From assembly GCF_009914755.1 (NCBI RefSeq), contig NC_060928.1: a stretch of 64,000 bases of DNA; one strand, given 5' to 3'. This document shows, in pieces, positions 26,391 to 57,801 of this stretch. Source of the stretch: the human T2T-CHM13v2.0 reference genome, Homo sapiens. The position numbers were made by a program, and so were the translations under genes. How positions within the stretch are numbered: the first letter of the stretch is position 1; every line of letters starts with the position of its first letter. The notes beneath the pieces were generated by a model, which saw only the letters and a list, made by a program, of their open reading frames with translations, was not told where the DNA came from and did no database searches.

Positions 26391-28391
26391 AGTGATAAAT
26401 TGTAATCACTTTCTCTTTTCCTCACTTCCCACCCCCCCCCGGCCTCTGGAATTCCTTGTTTCTCTTCTTTCAATCCCACATAGGTCGTTCTGCCTTGTAT
26501 TCCCTTTGTCTGCACTAAGCTGCAACTTTGAATGCACATGGGGTGGCGAGGAAGGAAGAAGAGTAAGAAAACAGGAAAAACGAAGTAGGATAGAGAGAGC
26601 AGCCTCTTTGTCTTTACAGCAGAGAATCAGACCCCCAATTAGTCACAGCAAAGGGGATCACTGTGCCTGGCAATTCTGCTCCACTCAAAACTAGTATGTA
26701 TGGACTGAACACCTCCCTGTGTCAGGCACTAAGCTGGGTCCAGTGGAGTAGCAGTGATGAATAAGACATGACCTCTGCCTGTGCCAAGAGGCAGTATGGG
26801 GCAGCGGTGATGGCATGGCTTGTGGGACCAGGCCAACCCAGTTCCTTACTTGTTCTGTGTACTTGGACTTATTATTTCACTGAATTTTTTTTGCCTTAAT
26901 TTCCTTATCTGTGAGATGAAGATGAATAATGGCATCATTTTAAAGGACTGTTTGTGAATAAATGAAATAATCCTTGTAAAGCACTCATCATGGAGTTTTG
27001 CAGATAGGAGCACCCTCCTAAATGTTAGCTACAATTATTATTCATGAAAGAAAGCTCACAGTTTATAGGGAAAAGACACGCAGGAAACCAAGTCTACATA
27101 TCAGCCTGGCTGGGAAGTGCCCTATCACAGGGGTCAGTTAATGCTTTGGGAACAGAGACAGAGTTGCTATTCAGAATGAAGGACTCAGGGGAGGCATTGT
27201 AGAGGAACAGGCATTTGTGGCAGATTTTAAATAATTGTGAGAAATGGAGCAAAATCCTCACTGGATCATTTCCATTACCCTTTGATCAATGTAGCTAGTA
27301 TCCTCATGGCTTTCCAAGCATAGGAGTTTGATTTTTCTTTTATCCACACTTGGAGGCGTCATAAAACTATACAGGCAACTATTTAATTAGATATAGTCTG
27401 TCAATATGAACATGTTAGCATAGAGGACATATTTCTCTAAAATTGCCAAGGGAACATTTCAGTAAGCTTTAATTATGTAGGCACTGAGACTCACACCAAG
27501 ACTGAGAAACATTCACCCAATAGAAAAGCAAAGGAGGTCCTATGATTTTAGTTGCTGCTAGTTTGGAAAGGTATGACGGAAAGAAGATAGCCCCAGATAA
27601 CCTGGCTTTAGCCTTCTCATCCAACTATTCCTCACCATTCTCCAATACAGGGCCTATGCTCTTTAGAAGCATGTATCTCTGTGGTCCTCCAAAGAGGAAT
27701 CCATTCCTCATTCAAGCTCTTGCTCATCATGCTTTTTCTCTTCTTTTCTGTCCCTCTGGCCCATTCAAATCCTCCCCAAACTTTGAGATCTAGGACAAGG
27801 TCGCCCTTGTGGAGATATGTTAACGCCATCTCACAGTCATGCTTCGCTTCTTTCCATCCCTGTCATACTAGCATCCCTCCTGTGGTTTTAGGGCCCATTC
27901 TCTTTTGTGGCCTTTATATTTAGTGTAGAGATCAGTCTCCTAAGTTCTACTGGAAATTTCTGGTCAGAGATGTTCTTGAATTTCATTTAAATCTTCAACT
28001 GTACCTAGTTTCATGTGTACAATAGGTGTTTAATGAAAGATTGTTGAATTCTTGTGCTCCTTTATGTTAGGACACGCACTGTTCTATGAGCAGTCCCATA
28101 ATCCAGAAGATCTGGTGTCTCCTCTTTAAGGGATTACAGATTAGCAGTGGGATTGGCTGTGGTCAGGTAGAGAAGACAGAGAACCCTCCTGTGAAGCAGG
28201 AAGTGGTGAGTGCCAGGAGAAAGTTCAACGTGGAATCAAAAGAGGAAGACCCTACTCCGTCTTTTCATTGTGAATTCTCAGCTCTTAACTCAATGAGTGG
28301 CACAGGGTGAGTGCTCAGATATTTGTTGACTAAATTAAATGAATGACATCTAATTTGAGAATGAGGAAGCCTTGAAAGAAAGATATTTTAT

Positions 28392-31300
28392 TAAGATTTA
28401 TTAAGAAAGATGAGTTGCAGTTGAGAGGTATAGATGCAGTCAGCATATGGACAAAGAATCTTGAAAACATTTTTCTCCCCTAATACCCCCTTTTATACAT
28501 TTTTCTGTTTAATCCTCTCTCACACCTGTAGACATAGCATTTCAGGGAATTATAGCCACTACCACCTTGTTTTCAAGGCCCTAATGAATTTGGAAATGTG
28601 ATATCCACTTATGAGCTTGCATCACTTTGTGAACACATGGCTCCATGAACTGCCAAAAGAACTTTGGCACAAACTTCATAGAGTCAAGAGATCTTTCTTA
28701 ATACAATCTGGCAACTACTCTGTGCTTACTCTTTGCCCCACCTTCTAAAAGTTTAAATGGAGGGGAAGAGCAGTTGTCACATGATTGAGTGTCAGTGTTC
28801 TAGTATCAGAGGGCCATGGCAGGCCTGTAGCAACATCTGGAATGTCCAAAGGTAACCCTGTCACTCTCTAGGGGTCACAGGGCATCACTTTCCTCTGTTT
28901 CTCTCTCTGTGTGTGTCTCTGTAAGCCAGCCCGATTCTATATTACATTTCCACCAACTACTATATTATAAATGCAGCTTATCCAGAGAGATGATATGCTT
29001 GCTTCAGTTTGGGTCAGCGATCCCCGGTGTGCTAGGCAGAATAATGGCCCTCAAAGAGGTCCACTCCTAATCCCTGGAATCTAGGAATATATTGCTTTAC
29101 ATGGAAAAAAACGGATTTTGTAGGTGTGATTCCGTTAAAGGTCTTGAGATGGGAAGACTAGCTTGGATTATCCAGGTGAACCTAATCTAATCTTATGGCT
29201 TCTTAAAATTGGAGAGCTTTTCCAGGTTGTGGTCAAAGAGGGAGATGTGTCTACCCACAGCCTGTAGATGGCCATGTTTGCAAGAAGGGTGTGTTAATTT
29301 TCTATTGCTGATGTAACAAATTACCACAAGCTCTCTTGGAAGGTTAGTGGAAGGCAAGGACTGGCATCTCTAATATAATTATGCATGTAATGATGAGTAG
29401 TGCAGAGATGTGACTCCAAAGCCTCGAGAAGGACAGACTAGCATCTCTGTAAGAGATCCAACTGTCTCCTTTTCCCCATGGGCCAATAATTTACCTGGAT
29501 CTAAGAAATAATATTGTAACTGGCAGAAAGTACCTTCAGTACAAATTCTTCATTTTTGGGGTTAAATCATTTGGCAAAATGGTAAGATTAATATTATTGT
29601 AAAGATGATTGCTAGAAAAAAATTGTAACATTTCAAGTATGTGCATAAATAACAGACTTTAAAGCATTTTTGGGGATGAGATGCAAAATGAAGAGTGGGA
29701 GAGGGACTTTAGTAGCAATAAATAGAACTTGAGAATGGAATAGTTACATAAATAATCTATAGAATATTACAATAAGTAGAGTAAATTTTAAGTTCCTAGA
29801 GGAATTTTTGAAAATACCCACATTCAAAACCATGAATTCTTACTCAATTAGCATTTCATTTTGATTTTGGTACTGAAGCCAAAGATGTTGAGGGAACTGA
29901 AATGCTTGCTGGACTGGCTGTGGCTGTGGAGCCTGGAATTCTTCCATGAAGAGCGTGTGTGAGAGAACAAAATGTTTGTTTACATTCCTCCTGTGAAGGC
30001 AGTTGGGAAATAATCTAAGAAGCCCAATCCAAAAACAGAGATGTTCCATCCAGCCTTCTCTGTGATAGCCAAACTGCAAACGATCTGAATGCTCCACGAA
30101 TGATTTACTGATGTATTTTAAATGAGTTATTGATGCATTTTAAGTTATTCTGATGATGTGCTTGGCATATGCTTAAAAGTACATTTACTGAGATGATGTG
30201 GGAATACCAAGTGTTTATTAAAACAATACAAAGTAATACAAATGGTATGGTTGTCACAATATAAAAATATCTAAAAGCTAAAGAGTTCTTTAATGGTGGA
30301 GAATTTTTTCCTTTTGAAAATTAAAAATATATTTTGTTGTAAAAATTACAACTGATTAGTATCAGTATGTAACATCCATGGAGTGCTGACTTTGCTAATC
30401 TCTGTGCACACATTGCCTTACTTATAGCAATGTTTAGCATTAACTTATCAGGTAGATACCATTGCCATGCACATTTTACAGATGAAGACACTGAGGTTTA
30501 GAGAGATTGTATAAATTTCCCAATGTAACACATCTAGTGGTGGAGCCAGGATCCCAGGAAGTCTAACTCGAGTTTAATAACCTAAATATCAATAAAATAG
30601 CTAATATCCTTGTCACTGTAAGTATGTGCCACTTACTGTTCTAAATGCTTTACAATTAACAGATCATGTAATCCTCACAATAATACTATTAGGCAGATTC
30701 TACTGTTATTACCATTTTATACAAAATGGTATAATACATACAAAATATGTATTTTGTATGTCTTCGTCAGCCTTAAAGCCACTTTTGAATTTTTTAGCAT
30801 ATTTTCCCAGAACATGTCAATTTTATTTCCATTTAAATTGCTTGAGATATGAGATGATGACATAGTCCCTGAAAATTTTATTCCCAGCTGTGTATCTCCC
30901 TGGAGTCTTTGACTTACTTCCATGTGGGCAGGAGGTGCTTTGCATCAGGCCACACCTGCCATCCTGGAGCCTCCTCACCCTCATCCTGGGGAATCCCTTC
31001 CCTCTTCTCAGGGTGAGAGCATCAGCTTCTCAGATACCACATCTTTCTTTGAATTAATTTATCAGTTTTGGGGCACTTCATTAGTAATCTTCTGGAGAAA
31101 AAGTTACACCAAGGGGTGAATTTATTGAGATCTTTTCTTTCTATTGGATTTCTACTGTGCTGTGATGAGTTTTAATTCTCAAGAGTTTTTTATGGCAACA
31201 TATTCTTTTTTCATATATGTAATATCTTTTTACAAATATTAATAACAGCTTTTAAAAAAATTTTGAATTTTTTTATTTCATGGATTATTTCTTCCAACTT

Positions 31301-34013
31301 CTTTTTTCTTTGCCTGTTTCTATCTTTCCTATTACAAAGCTAGAATCACTCCACATTTCTGATGATCTCGGTTGTCTTCTGTTGCAGGATGGGGCACTAA
31401 TGAGCTATTGGGAAGCTCTGAATACAAGGGTGGCATCTGTGTCATGTGAGATTTGCTACAGAACTATCTGGCGGGATTAATTGCTGGGGGATATAATGTC
31501 AGTAAGAGTAGGTATTTTCTCTTGGGCTGGTCAGATTTTTCAAAGGATGATTTTGGAAGTTTCCATGTAGAAGACACATGCCCAGCTGCCAGCACTCTGG
31601 GGCCCAAGAGGGCAATTGAAAATTCAAATATAAGCCACTTGGGAGAAAAAAGGCAAAACCCAGGACTACCCAGGTAATTCCAAAAGCTTGTTCGCATTAA
31701 TCTTGCAAGACTATAGCCAAAAATCTATTGGACCTTATAATAATCTCATCTTTAATAGTTCTAAAAGTTTTCTATTTAGGCCTGCGAGAATTTTCTTATA
31801 TCCAGACTTAAATGTCTGCCATTGATAATCTTAGATTCCTGAATGATCCAGTAAGAAAACATTTCTATGACTCTATTACTCCATAATGCATAACATCTTC
31901 TTAAGGCTTTAGAGGTGACCGAGACAGTTTATATTATTTTGACAATTATTTGGTCAGACTTTTTTTAAATAATAAAAATTACAATTACAATACCTTTATT
32001 TTACAATTACATGTACATGTTGGCAGCTGGAGTCTTTCTTTATAGTTTCTTTATAAGTTAAAAAAGTAATAAAATTATAAATCTCATCCTAACTAGTAAA
32101 ACCAAACAGTTATGGTTAAAAAGTTAACTTTAGTTCTTCAACTCTTTTCAGATCCTTGTTTCTGAGATGAACAGCCTGTTCTGTATATTTCTATATCTTT
32201 CTCTATGCTCATACAAACCTATATATAATTACAAATTTTAATTTGTTTTGTCTTTCACAAAAATTGGATCATATAGTACACATTACTGTGTAACTTGCTT
32301 TTTATACTTAGTGATGCATTATATTAATCCCTCCGGATTTTAAGATATAATTTTTTTTGACATGAGGACTTGCTCTGTTGCCCAAGCTGGAGTGCAGCGG
32401 CACGATCATGGCTCTGCCTCTGCCTTCCAGGCTGCAGTGATTGTCTCACCTCAGCCTCCCAAATAGCTGGGACTACAGTTGCATACCACTATGCCTGGCT
32501 AATTTTTGTGTTTTTCTGTAGAGACAGGTGCCGAGACCAGCTTGGTCAGGGAGACCCTAACCGAGCGGGCCTGAGCGTTAGAGGAATTAAAGACACACAC
32601 ACAGAAATATAGAGGTGTGGAGTGGGAAATCAGGGGTCTCACAGCCTCCAGAGCTGACAGCCTCAAACAGAGATTTACCCATGTATTTATTAACAGCAAG
32701 CCAGTGATAGGCATTGTTTTGATAGATTATAGATTAACTAAAAGTATTCCTTATGGGAAACAAGGGGATGAGCTGAAATAAAGAGATGGGTTTGGCTAGT
32801 TATCTGCAGCAGGAGCATGTCCTTAAGGCACAGACTGCTCATGCTATTGTTTGTGGTTTAAGAAAGCCTTTAAGCGGTTTGCTGCCCTGGATGGGCCAGG
32901 TGTTCCTTGCCCTCATTCCAGTAAACCCACAGCCTTCCAGCATGGGCATCATGGCCATCATGAACATGTCACAGTGCTGCAGAGATTTTGTTTATGGCCA
33001 GTTTTGGGGCCAGTTTATGGCCAGATTTTGGGGGCCTGTTCCCAACAGACAGGGCTTTGCCATGTTGCCCATGCTGGTCTTTAACTCCTGAGCTCAAGGG
33101 ATCTCCCTGCCACAGCCTCCTAGAATGCTGGAATCACAGGTGTGCCTGACATCCGACTCCCTAGTTTTTAAAAGATTCACTTACCATTCAAAATAGGGAG
33201 TTATCATTCCTTATTTTGCCAATCAGTAAGTTTAAAATTCTTTTTTCTTCTACAAATAAGGCTGCAGTAAGTAGCCTTGTCTCTATATTCTTACACAAAT
33301 ATACTTTTATTTTTATGGAGTTGATTCCCAAGTGTGATATTGCTTGGGGCGTGCATGTTGGAAATTTTAATAAATATCACAAATTGCTTGTCAGAAACCT
33401 AAGACAATGCACATTTCTACCAACAGTGTAAGCTAATAGATAAGCAGTAATATCTCATTTTGCTTCATTTTGTATTTTTTGACCACTTCCAAGGCCCAGT
33501 GCCATTTAGTATGGCTGCTGGACATTTTAATTTCCTCTTCTGTGAATTTCCATCATTGTCCATTTTCCTATTATCTATTTTTAAATAAAAAAGCACTTGG
33601 ATACTAGAGATATCATTTTTTGTCAATCATATATGTTGAAAATATTTTTTCTTGTCTATTATTTTCTTTCATAGTTTATTTGTTTATACCAAAATTTGAA
33701 AATTTTATCCATGCTCAGAATTTGATTTGAAATACTTTTATGAAATTATTGGAGTCAACTTCCCACTTTGTTTTTATATATCATGAGAAGTCAAAGAATC
33801 AAAGCAATATATTCTCACAACCATACGCATTTTCTCCCCATCCTCTTCAGCCTTGTGTCTATCATCCTGTTTCAGCACTTATAAAGTCACTTCTGTGGAA
33901 TACTTGATTACAGACCTAGCCAATAATTTCTACGCTGGAATACATATTTATATATAAATACAATCCCTTAACTATGTAAACTATCTGCCCTATAGTACAA
34001 ATTCCTTTACATA
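28392..34013 (+). repeat. Segmental duplication copy A2 (paralogous to 4280-10448), upstream of ADH1B
   Basis: Collinear with A1 except for one inversion, a MER9 insertion and missing young Alus. Confidence 0.9.
32529..33047 (-). mobile_element. MER9 (HERV-K9/HML-3) solo LTR inserted into an old Alu (~32350-33160)
   Basis: The minus strand begins TGTTGGGAACAGGCCCCCAAAATCTGGCCATAAACTGGCC and ends CA; exact 6-bp TSD gacagg at 32523-32528 and 33048-33053. Confidence 0.88.
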
Positions 34014-34152
34014 ATATTCTTGAAAGTCTTAAATAGAAGCAGGCCAATCAAATTTCTTTAATAACTTTTTAAAGAATGTCAATCACATTCTTTAATAATT
34101 TATAGGAACTTGACATCGAGAGCATCCTCATGAATTCTATTGCCATGTTGTG

Positions 34153-35050
34153 TGCTATGGACTGAAGTTTCGTGTTCCACCAAAATTCACGTGTTGAAGT
34201 CTAATCCCCAGTGTGATTGTATTTGGAGGTGGGGCTTTTGGGAGATGATTTCACTCTCTTGAATGGGGTTAGTGCCATTATAGGAAGAGACACAAGGTGA
34301 TAATTCATTCAGTCATGTGAGGATACAGAGGGAAGGTGGCTGTCTACAGGCCAGGAAGTTGCCCTTCACCAGGCACCAGTTCTGTTGGCCCCTTGGTCTT
34401 GTACTCCCCAGCCTCCATAACTGTGAGAAATAAATGTCTGTTGTTTAAGCCACCCAGTCTGTTATGTTTGGTATAGCAGCCCAAGCTTATTGAACATGAT
34501 GATAGACGGAATTCTAAGCTGACTCCCAAGATTCCAGCTCCCTGGTGTACATGCCTTGTATGATCCCTTATGCTTACATGGCTTGGGGATGGAACCTTTG
34601 AATATGATGGGACAGCCACTCCATGGATTAGGTTGTGTTACAGAGCAAGTGCTGATGGAATAGTCAGGTGTGTGATCATCTGACATTATAGGAGACTCTG
34701 TTGTGTTAGACTTGAGGGGTTTTGGAGTCAGGAGTTTGGGAGCATGAGAGGATGTGCGGAGGGAACCATGCTGAGATTGTTCCCTGGTCAACAGCCAGCA
34801 AGAAACTGGAAGCCTCAGTCCCACAGCCACTAGGAACTGAATTCTGGGACCAGCAATGTGAGCCAGAAAGAGGGCCTCAAGCTCCAAAAAGGAACACAGG
34901 CCAGCCTATACCATTGAGACTGCAATTGGAGCAACTAGTTAAGCTGTTTCCAGATTTTTGACTTGCAGAAACCATGAGATAATAAATGGTGTTCATTCAA
35001 GCCAATAATTGTGTGGTAATTTGTTACTCAGAAATAGAAAACTAATATAC
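34153..35050 (+). mobile_element. Two adjacent MaLR LTRs (MLT1A/B-like 34153-~34497; older MLT1 ~34498-35050)
   Basis: tgctatggactgaa...gttgaagtctaatcccc...gagaaataaatgtctgttgtttaagccacccag; the second ends ...ggtaatttgttac...aatagaaaactaata. Confidence 0.7.
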
Positions 35051-35627
35051 ACGTGAATAAATGTTTTATATAATTAATCACTTTCAACTCTGGTTATTTT
35101 TTCAAGCACGTTTTCAAAAACTTTAGAGTAAACTTTTATGTGTAATTAAGGGAGATGTTTAGAAAGGGATCTCTTCCAGGAAAGCCTTCAGAAAGAGGAG
35201 AGAATTTGGACAAACTTTTTCATGATATAAAAAAGACTGGTGAGTAGAGATGCCAGTGTCACTTGGGATAAGATTTTCACTTGTAGGAAGGCATGGGAGA
35301 AACTGACAAGATAATGTAACTTACTAAAAGTGTTTAAAAATAAAAAATTCAGCTTCAAATAGAAAAAAATTATAGAATAGAGACAAGATTTAGCATAATT
35401 TATGAAAGATTATGATGTAAGAATTGAAACATAGTATAACATAATTTTAAAAATTCTATATACTGGCTAAATGATAAAATTGCTTTTATTTCTGCTTCTG
35501 ATATTCACATAAGGAGTTTTAAGTGGAGGGTTTAGCCAACAATTTTTGTAGTTGTGAAAAAGTAACAAAGAGACTGTAAGGACTCCATTATTAATTGAGG
35601 TCAGAGATTCTTGCCCCACAAAAATGA

Positions 35628-35964
<337 letters not shown>

Positions 35965-36066
35965 ACCTCCCATTCTGAACGGGAGGTAGACTTTGCATAA
36001 AAAACTGCATTTGAAAATCCTAGAGGGCCTTCAAACTCATCAAGTCCATTTCCCAAACTTTACCAT

Positions 36067-36739
<673 letters not shown>

Positions 36740-37897
36740 ACCAGCTTCCCCACAAATACCTGATACTGTCTTTAGATCCTAAGTTGGTAAATTTGGACAA
36801 CCTTTGGACAACCACATCAAGTTGTTAGGCTGATGCTTTGGAATTAGCTTTCTTCCTCTTCCTTTTTTACCACACACTCTTGATATTGATGACATGTCAC
36901 TGATATGTTCTAAGAATGTCTCATTTATCTGGTTCCCTGCTTTTCCTTTGTCACTACTTGAAACAGAATCCATTCTGTCTTGTTCACAGCTAAAACCTCC
37001 TCATTCTCTCTATTCTTCTCCTCACCTCTAATACACCCTCCTCAAGGCCAAAAGAATGAGTTTAATATGCCAATCTGATCATATCATCAATCTTCTCCAA
37101 AAAGTTTTAACAGCGTTCTTGTTCTTAGAGGGTAAAATCTAAACTTCTTGTAAGGAATCCAGGAATCATTGTTACTTGGCCATAGACCTTTCCCATTGTG
37201 AAGTTTACAGGCCATTAATTTTAAGTTCTTGTAATTCCTTAACGTGCTCTGCTGTTTCCTGCTGAACCCTTGGTCTTGGATGCCCTCCTCTAGTTTTGCT
37301 TCCATCAAACTCCTCCTTATTCTTTAAATTTAGGCATAAATATTTGCATTAGGTACCAATCAATAGAATGGAACTTTCAGGTTAAAAGAGAAAATTGCCA
37401 TTTTCTCTTTTAGGTATTCATTTTGGATCTAATACTTATCCCTGCCCTGCCTCATTCTTCCTTTTGCTCAGAACTATTGTGAGAGATGGAGAGCAGATAG
37501 CTCAGAGAACCACAAAGCTCTTTGACTCTCAGAAGTCAACTAGCACATTTTGAATGTCCTCTGTCTTTAAATGTCCCTGAAGAAGGAGAAGATACCAAAT
37601 GTAAAATAAATAGTATTTGACTGCTCCAAATTATTTCTGCTATTCATTACAGTTTGAAGATTTTGGAAAGATTAAATCAAAAGCCTTAGAATTTCCTTCC
37701 ATTAATGAAATAATTTATTCTGGCTTTTGTTTTGCTTCCAATTTCCTGAGGTTTTAATTAAGGTTCAAAATAAGTATTTAGTCTTGAAGTTATTTCTGAG
37801 CTCTTTTCTCCCACCTACCTAAAACATGGTATCATCTAAGTGATGTTTATTATTTAAATTTACAATAACCTAAAAATGTTTCAATACTGTAGCTATA

Positions 37898-38630
37898 ATT
37901 TAACTTCCACTTATAAGTGAATACATGTGGTATTTGGTTTTCTGTTCCTTTGTTAGTTTGCTAAGGATAATGGCCTCCAGCTCCATCCATGTTCCTGTAA
38001 AGGACATGATATCTTCCTTTTTTATGGCTGCATAGTATTTCATGGTGTATATGTAGCACATTTTTTTTTTATCCAGTTGGCCATTGATGGGCATTTATGT
38101 TGATTCCATGTCTTTGCTATTGGGAATAGTGCTGCAATAAACATAAGCATGCATGTGTCTTTATGGCAGAACAATTTATATTTCTCTGGGTTTATACCCA
38201 GTAATGAAATTGCTGGGTCAAATGGTAGTTCCGTTTTTAGCTCTTTGAGGAATTGCCACATTGCTTTCCACAATGGTTGAACTAATTTAAACTCCCACCA
38301 ACAGTGTATAAGTATATCCTTTTCTTTGCAACCTTGTCAGACCTAGCCATTCTGACTGGTATGAGATGGGAACTAAATGATGAGAACATATGGACACAAA
38401 GAGGGGAACAATGGACACTGGAGCCTCCATGAGGGTGAAGCATGGGAGGGAGAGGAACAGAAAAAAGAACTATTGGATACTAGACCTAGTACCTGGGTGA
38501 TAAAATAATCTGTACAACTGCCTATGACATGAGTTTACCTACATAACTAACCTGCACATGTACCCCTGAATCTATAATAAAACTTTAAAAAATAAAAATA
38601 GAAAAACCAAAGAAACAAACAAAAAACTCA
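37898..38630. mobile_element. Old L1 3' end with 5' inversion (minus 37900-38368, plus 38369-38630)
   Basis: ORF2 C-terminal peptide on the minus strand joins the 3'UTR and A tail on the plus strand; TSD-like aatactgtagctata / aaaactgtagttata. Confidence 0.8.
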
Positions 38631-41504
38631 AAAACTGTAGTTATATCTCCTTAAGGCAATTAGATATCTTCCAAAACACAGTACGTTATTGGTTTCTGAG
38701 TGAGTAGTAGTCTTTAAATACATTTCCATAAGAATTATCTGTTGATCTCTCTGACCTGCTTTCACTGATAACTACGGAGTTATTTGCTGAAGTGTCAAAT
38801 ACCTCAAAGAGCAAGCCTGGAAACAATGGAAACCAGATATTTTTATCTCTCTGGTTATCTTTGTTTATTAGTTTTATTGGTAAGGTGTTAAGCAACCTGT
38901 GGGTTCTATGGTGATTGTGATAGTGCCGTGCAGGTGATCTGGACCCTGAGATCTAAGTAAAAGAAATGAGCAAACCAAGTTAATATATGTAAACATCCAT
39001 CTCATTAAATCAGTGTTTGGTACCAGCTCCACTTTTACTTTTGTCCCACCAATTTTTCTTTCTCTTTTTATCCAATGGACCACTTCCTGAATGTTGCTAG
39101 ATATTTGATAGGCAAATAGAATTTAATGTACTTTAATAAAATAGTTATTTTAACAGTTTCAAGGAACATTTGGTTACAGAAATGAATAGTCAGGTGTCTA
39201 AGCATGTGTTTATCAGATATAGATTTGCTCTCACTATACTTCAACATGTGAGCAATTTTCTAATAATTCTGTCGGGATGACTTTCTTTCTAATCCCAGGG
39301 CAGCATGTATGATTTATAAAGTAGAAAAAAGTTAATTCAGAGTTTTGTTTGTATGCCCTTTCTGGAGGTGCTAAGTCAGTGCACCTCACACAGTTATTAA
39401 TTAAACCGTCAACATAAACTTTTCTCTTTTTAAAGTTTGAAAAGTTTCTTTATTTTGACAAAGCCTTTGGCTGCTGGCTAAAATGAGTGCAAACTATGTA
39501 CATTCACAGAGTTACATTATAGAGGGGGTGATCAGCATATATAGAAGTCCTTGATTCTAGAGTCAAAATTTGCTGGAAGTCACCCAGATCATGTGCACCA
39601 CTTTAGGTCCACCAGGACACAAGCCACTCTGGGGTTCCACGTTTATGTTTTGATTTTTACTTGCCTTTTTAGACCCACCATTGTCAATGTAACTAGGAGC
39701 CAATGCATGGTGCAGAAGGCTCCCAGGTGCCACTCTCACCCCATGGAGGACTGTGCCACTCTATAACAACACTGGCAGTGCCCACCTAATGCCCTCAACT
39801 CTACCTTCTCCCCTAGCCTGGGAGGAAGGAGGGTGGGAGCTGGATGTCAGCCTCTGTGTCACTGGCAGGATTTGATGACCCTGTTGTGGGGTGGCCATGT
39901 AGAACTGCTTCTTGTTTTTCTGGATCTCACACCATCAGCATCAGTGTAAAAGCCACAGAGCACCCAGCAACAGGTGGTATCCCATGATGTTATCTTAGGG
40001 AGATGCTGAAAAGTGTCTTGACCCTGAGTATCTCCTTCAGCATTTTTGACCAAACAATCACATGTTCTCTACATTTAGGATGCCCTTCCCAGTTGGCAAA
40101 ACTCTTTCATTAATATCATCACATTTAGCCTCGGTAAAGCTGTAATGGGCTGGTTGAGTACTTTTTTCAAAACAAAGGATGAACAAGCTCAGAGAGATTG
40201 AGTGACTTACTGAAGGTCACACAGTAAATGATAGACTATTTTACTTTATGTCTAGGGTCTTCCACAATATGAAATAGATTGTATGTATTGCAACAAGTAG
40301 CATTTTTGGAGACAGCTGTAACTCCTTTACCAGGAATCATATTTGCATGTCACATTTAGAGACAAAGCTCAAAATGCAAATCTTCCCCAAGAGTGGAAAA
40401 GCATTAACAAATGGCCACCACAGGCCTTTACCTATTCAAAATATTAAACAAATTCTAGGATCATAGACGATGTAAGACATGGTAGTTAATAGGAAAGTTC
40501 CAGATTAAAAACAATTTTGCACAAATATACATCTGTGTGTGTGTGTCTACTTGGAAAACACATTGCTTGAGGAGTTTTTACCATTTTAGTTACCAATTTT
40601 ACACTCTGTGTTCACAGCATTTGCCACCCAATATCTACATATAAAGCCACCATAATACTTTAAATTACTTTATACTTCATTTTCAGTCAATTGGAATCAT
40701 AAACTAAGACTGCTTAGCTAATGAAGCACTTTCATGAGCAAAAATTACAGATTTTTTGAACATGATTCTAGGAATAGTTCAGTTTTCACATTTAGTGTCT
40801 GAACCTAAGTTTGTCACATGAAGCACAAAATCCGCTTTTATTTTTAAAAATCAATTGTATTTTCACTGTAAACAAATAGCATAAAAGCAATAAAAACACT
40901 TCCCTTCATTGTATGAAAATGTGTGGCATTTTATTTGAGTTACTAATTAAAATCCTGGATTTAGAACTTCTGGATCTTCTTCACTTATAAATTTGAGTCT
41001 ATTCTTTACCATACTGTAGTTTTTACCCTAGGGATTTGGTACATTTTATTTAAAAAAGGAAAATGCAGACAGTGAAAATTGAGATAGAGTTAGAAGACTT
41101 CAAGCACCATAGCCCAGCATGTGTATATTCAGGACAAGTGAAGGGTCCCCTCCACTGGATTCAATGACTGAAAATTATGAAGATATCAAAAATGTAAGAA
41201 GTCATAGGAAATATTTTTCCTCAATGGCAAAGATGGCACACAAGTTGAATGGTTAAGAAGGAAGGTTTATTGGCTTCAATTCCCCAGTTGATGTTCAACA
41301 CTTTATTTAGTTCTCATTTGGATTTTAAACATTTGCTTGACAAATAATTTCCCATCAATTTCCATTTCTTTGGAAAGCTCCCACGTGTAATTTATTTTTA
41401 ACATCTCTGAAGAGCAGAATTAATGATATTTCCTAGCTGTTGCTCCAGATCATGTAGGGTAGAGGAGGCTGAAAACTGCTACAAGGGAAGGCATCTGTAT
41501 TGTT

Positions 41505-57430
<15,926 letters not shown>

Positions 57431-57500
57431 ATTGATTCTGTCTTCTCTGCAGACCAGGAGGCTGGTGAGTACTTGTGGATTTCTTCTCTGCTTGAGTGCA

Positions 57501-57710
57501 TAAAGCAGGTATGTTGCACAGGTATTTATTTTGTTTGCTCATATAACACCCAATTCCAACTACACACGTGATCTAGGTTTTTAAGCCACACCCGTCGTAT
57601 TCTTCTCAGACTATCAAATCATAAAGAAATGGGCACCGAACCAGCACTCAAAACCTTGACTTTTCCAATTTCAGATAAGATTTTGCTATCATTCGGTTAA
57701 ATATTAAGTT
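57501..57710 (-). promoter_or_regulatory. ADH1C: ADH1C proximal promoter: TATA-like (~57523-57531), E-box CACGTG (57565-57570), G3T/Sp1 (57585-57593), HNF1-like (~57695-57708)
   Basis: Motifs read directly; collinear with the ADH1B promoter. Confidence 0.75.
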
Positions 57711-57784
57711 AAAACGATACATTTTAATTACTTTCTCTCTTCCTCCTCTCTCAAGTTCCTGCTTCTCTTCTCTCAAACCCACAG

Positions 57785-57801
57785 GGGTCATTCAGAGTTC
57801 A
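57785..57801 (+). promoter_or_regulatory. ADH1C: DR5 retinoic acid response element GGGTCA-ttcag-AGTTCA, ~300 bp upstream of ADH1C
   Basis: Two RGKTCA half-sites spaced by 5; ADH1C (ADH3) is known to be RA-responsive via an upstream RARE. Confidence 0.8.
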
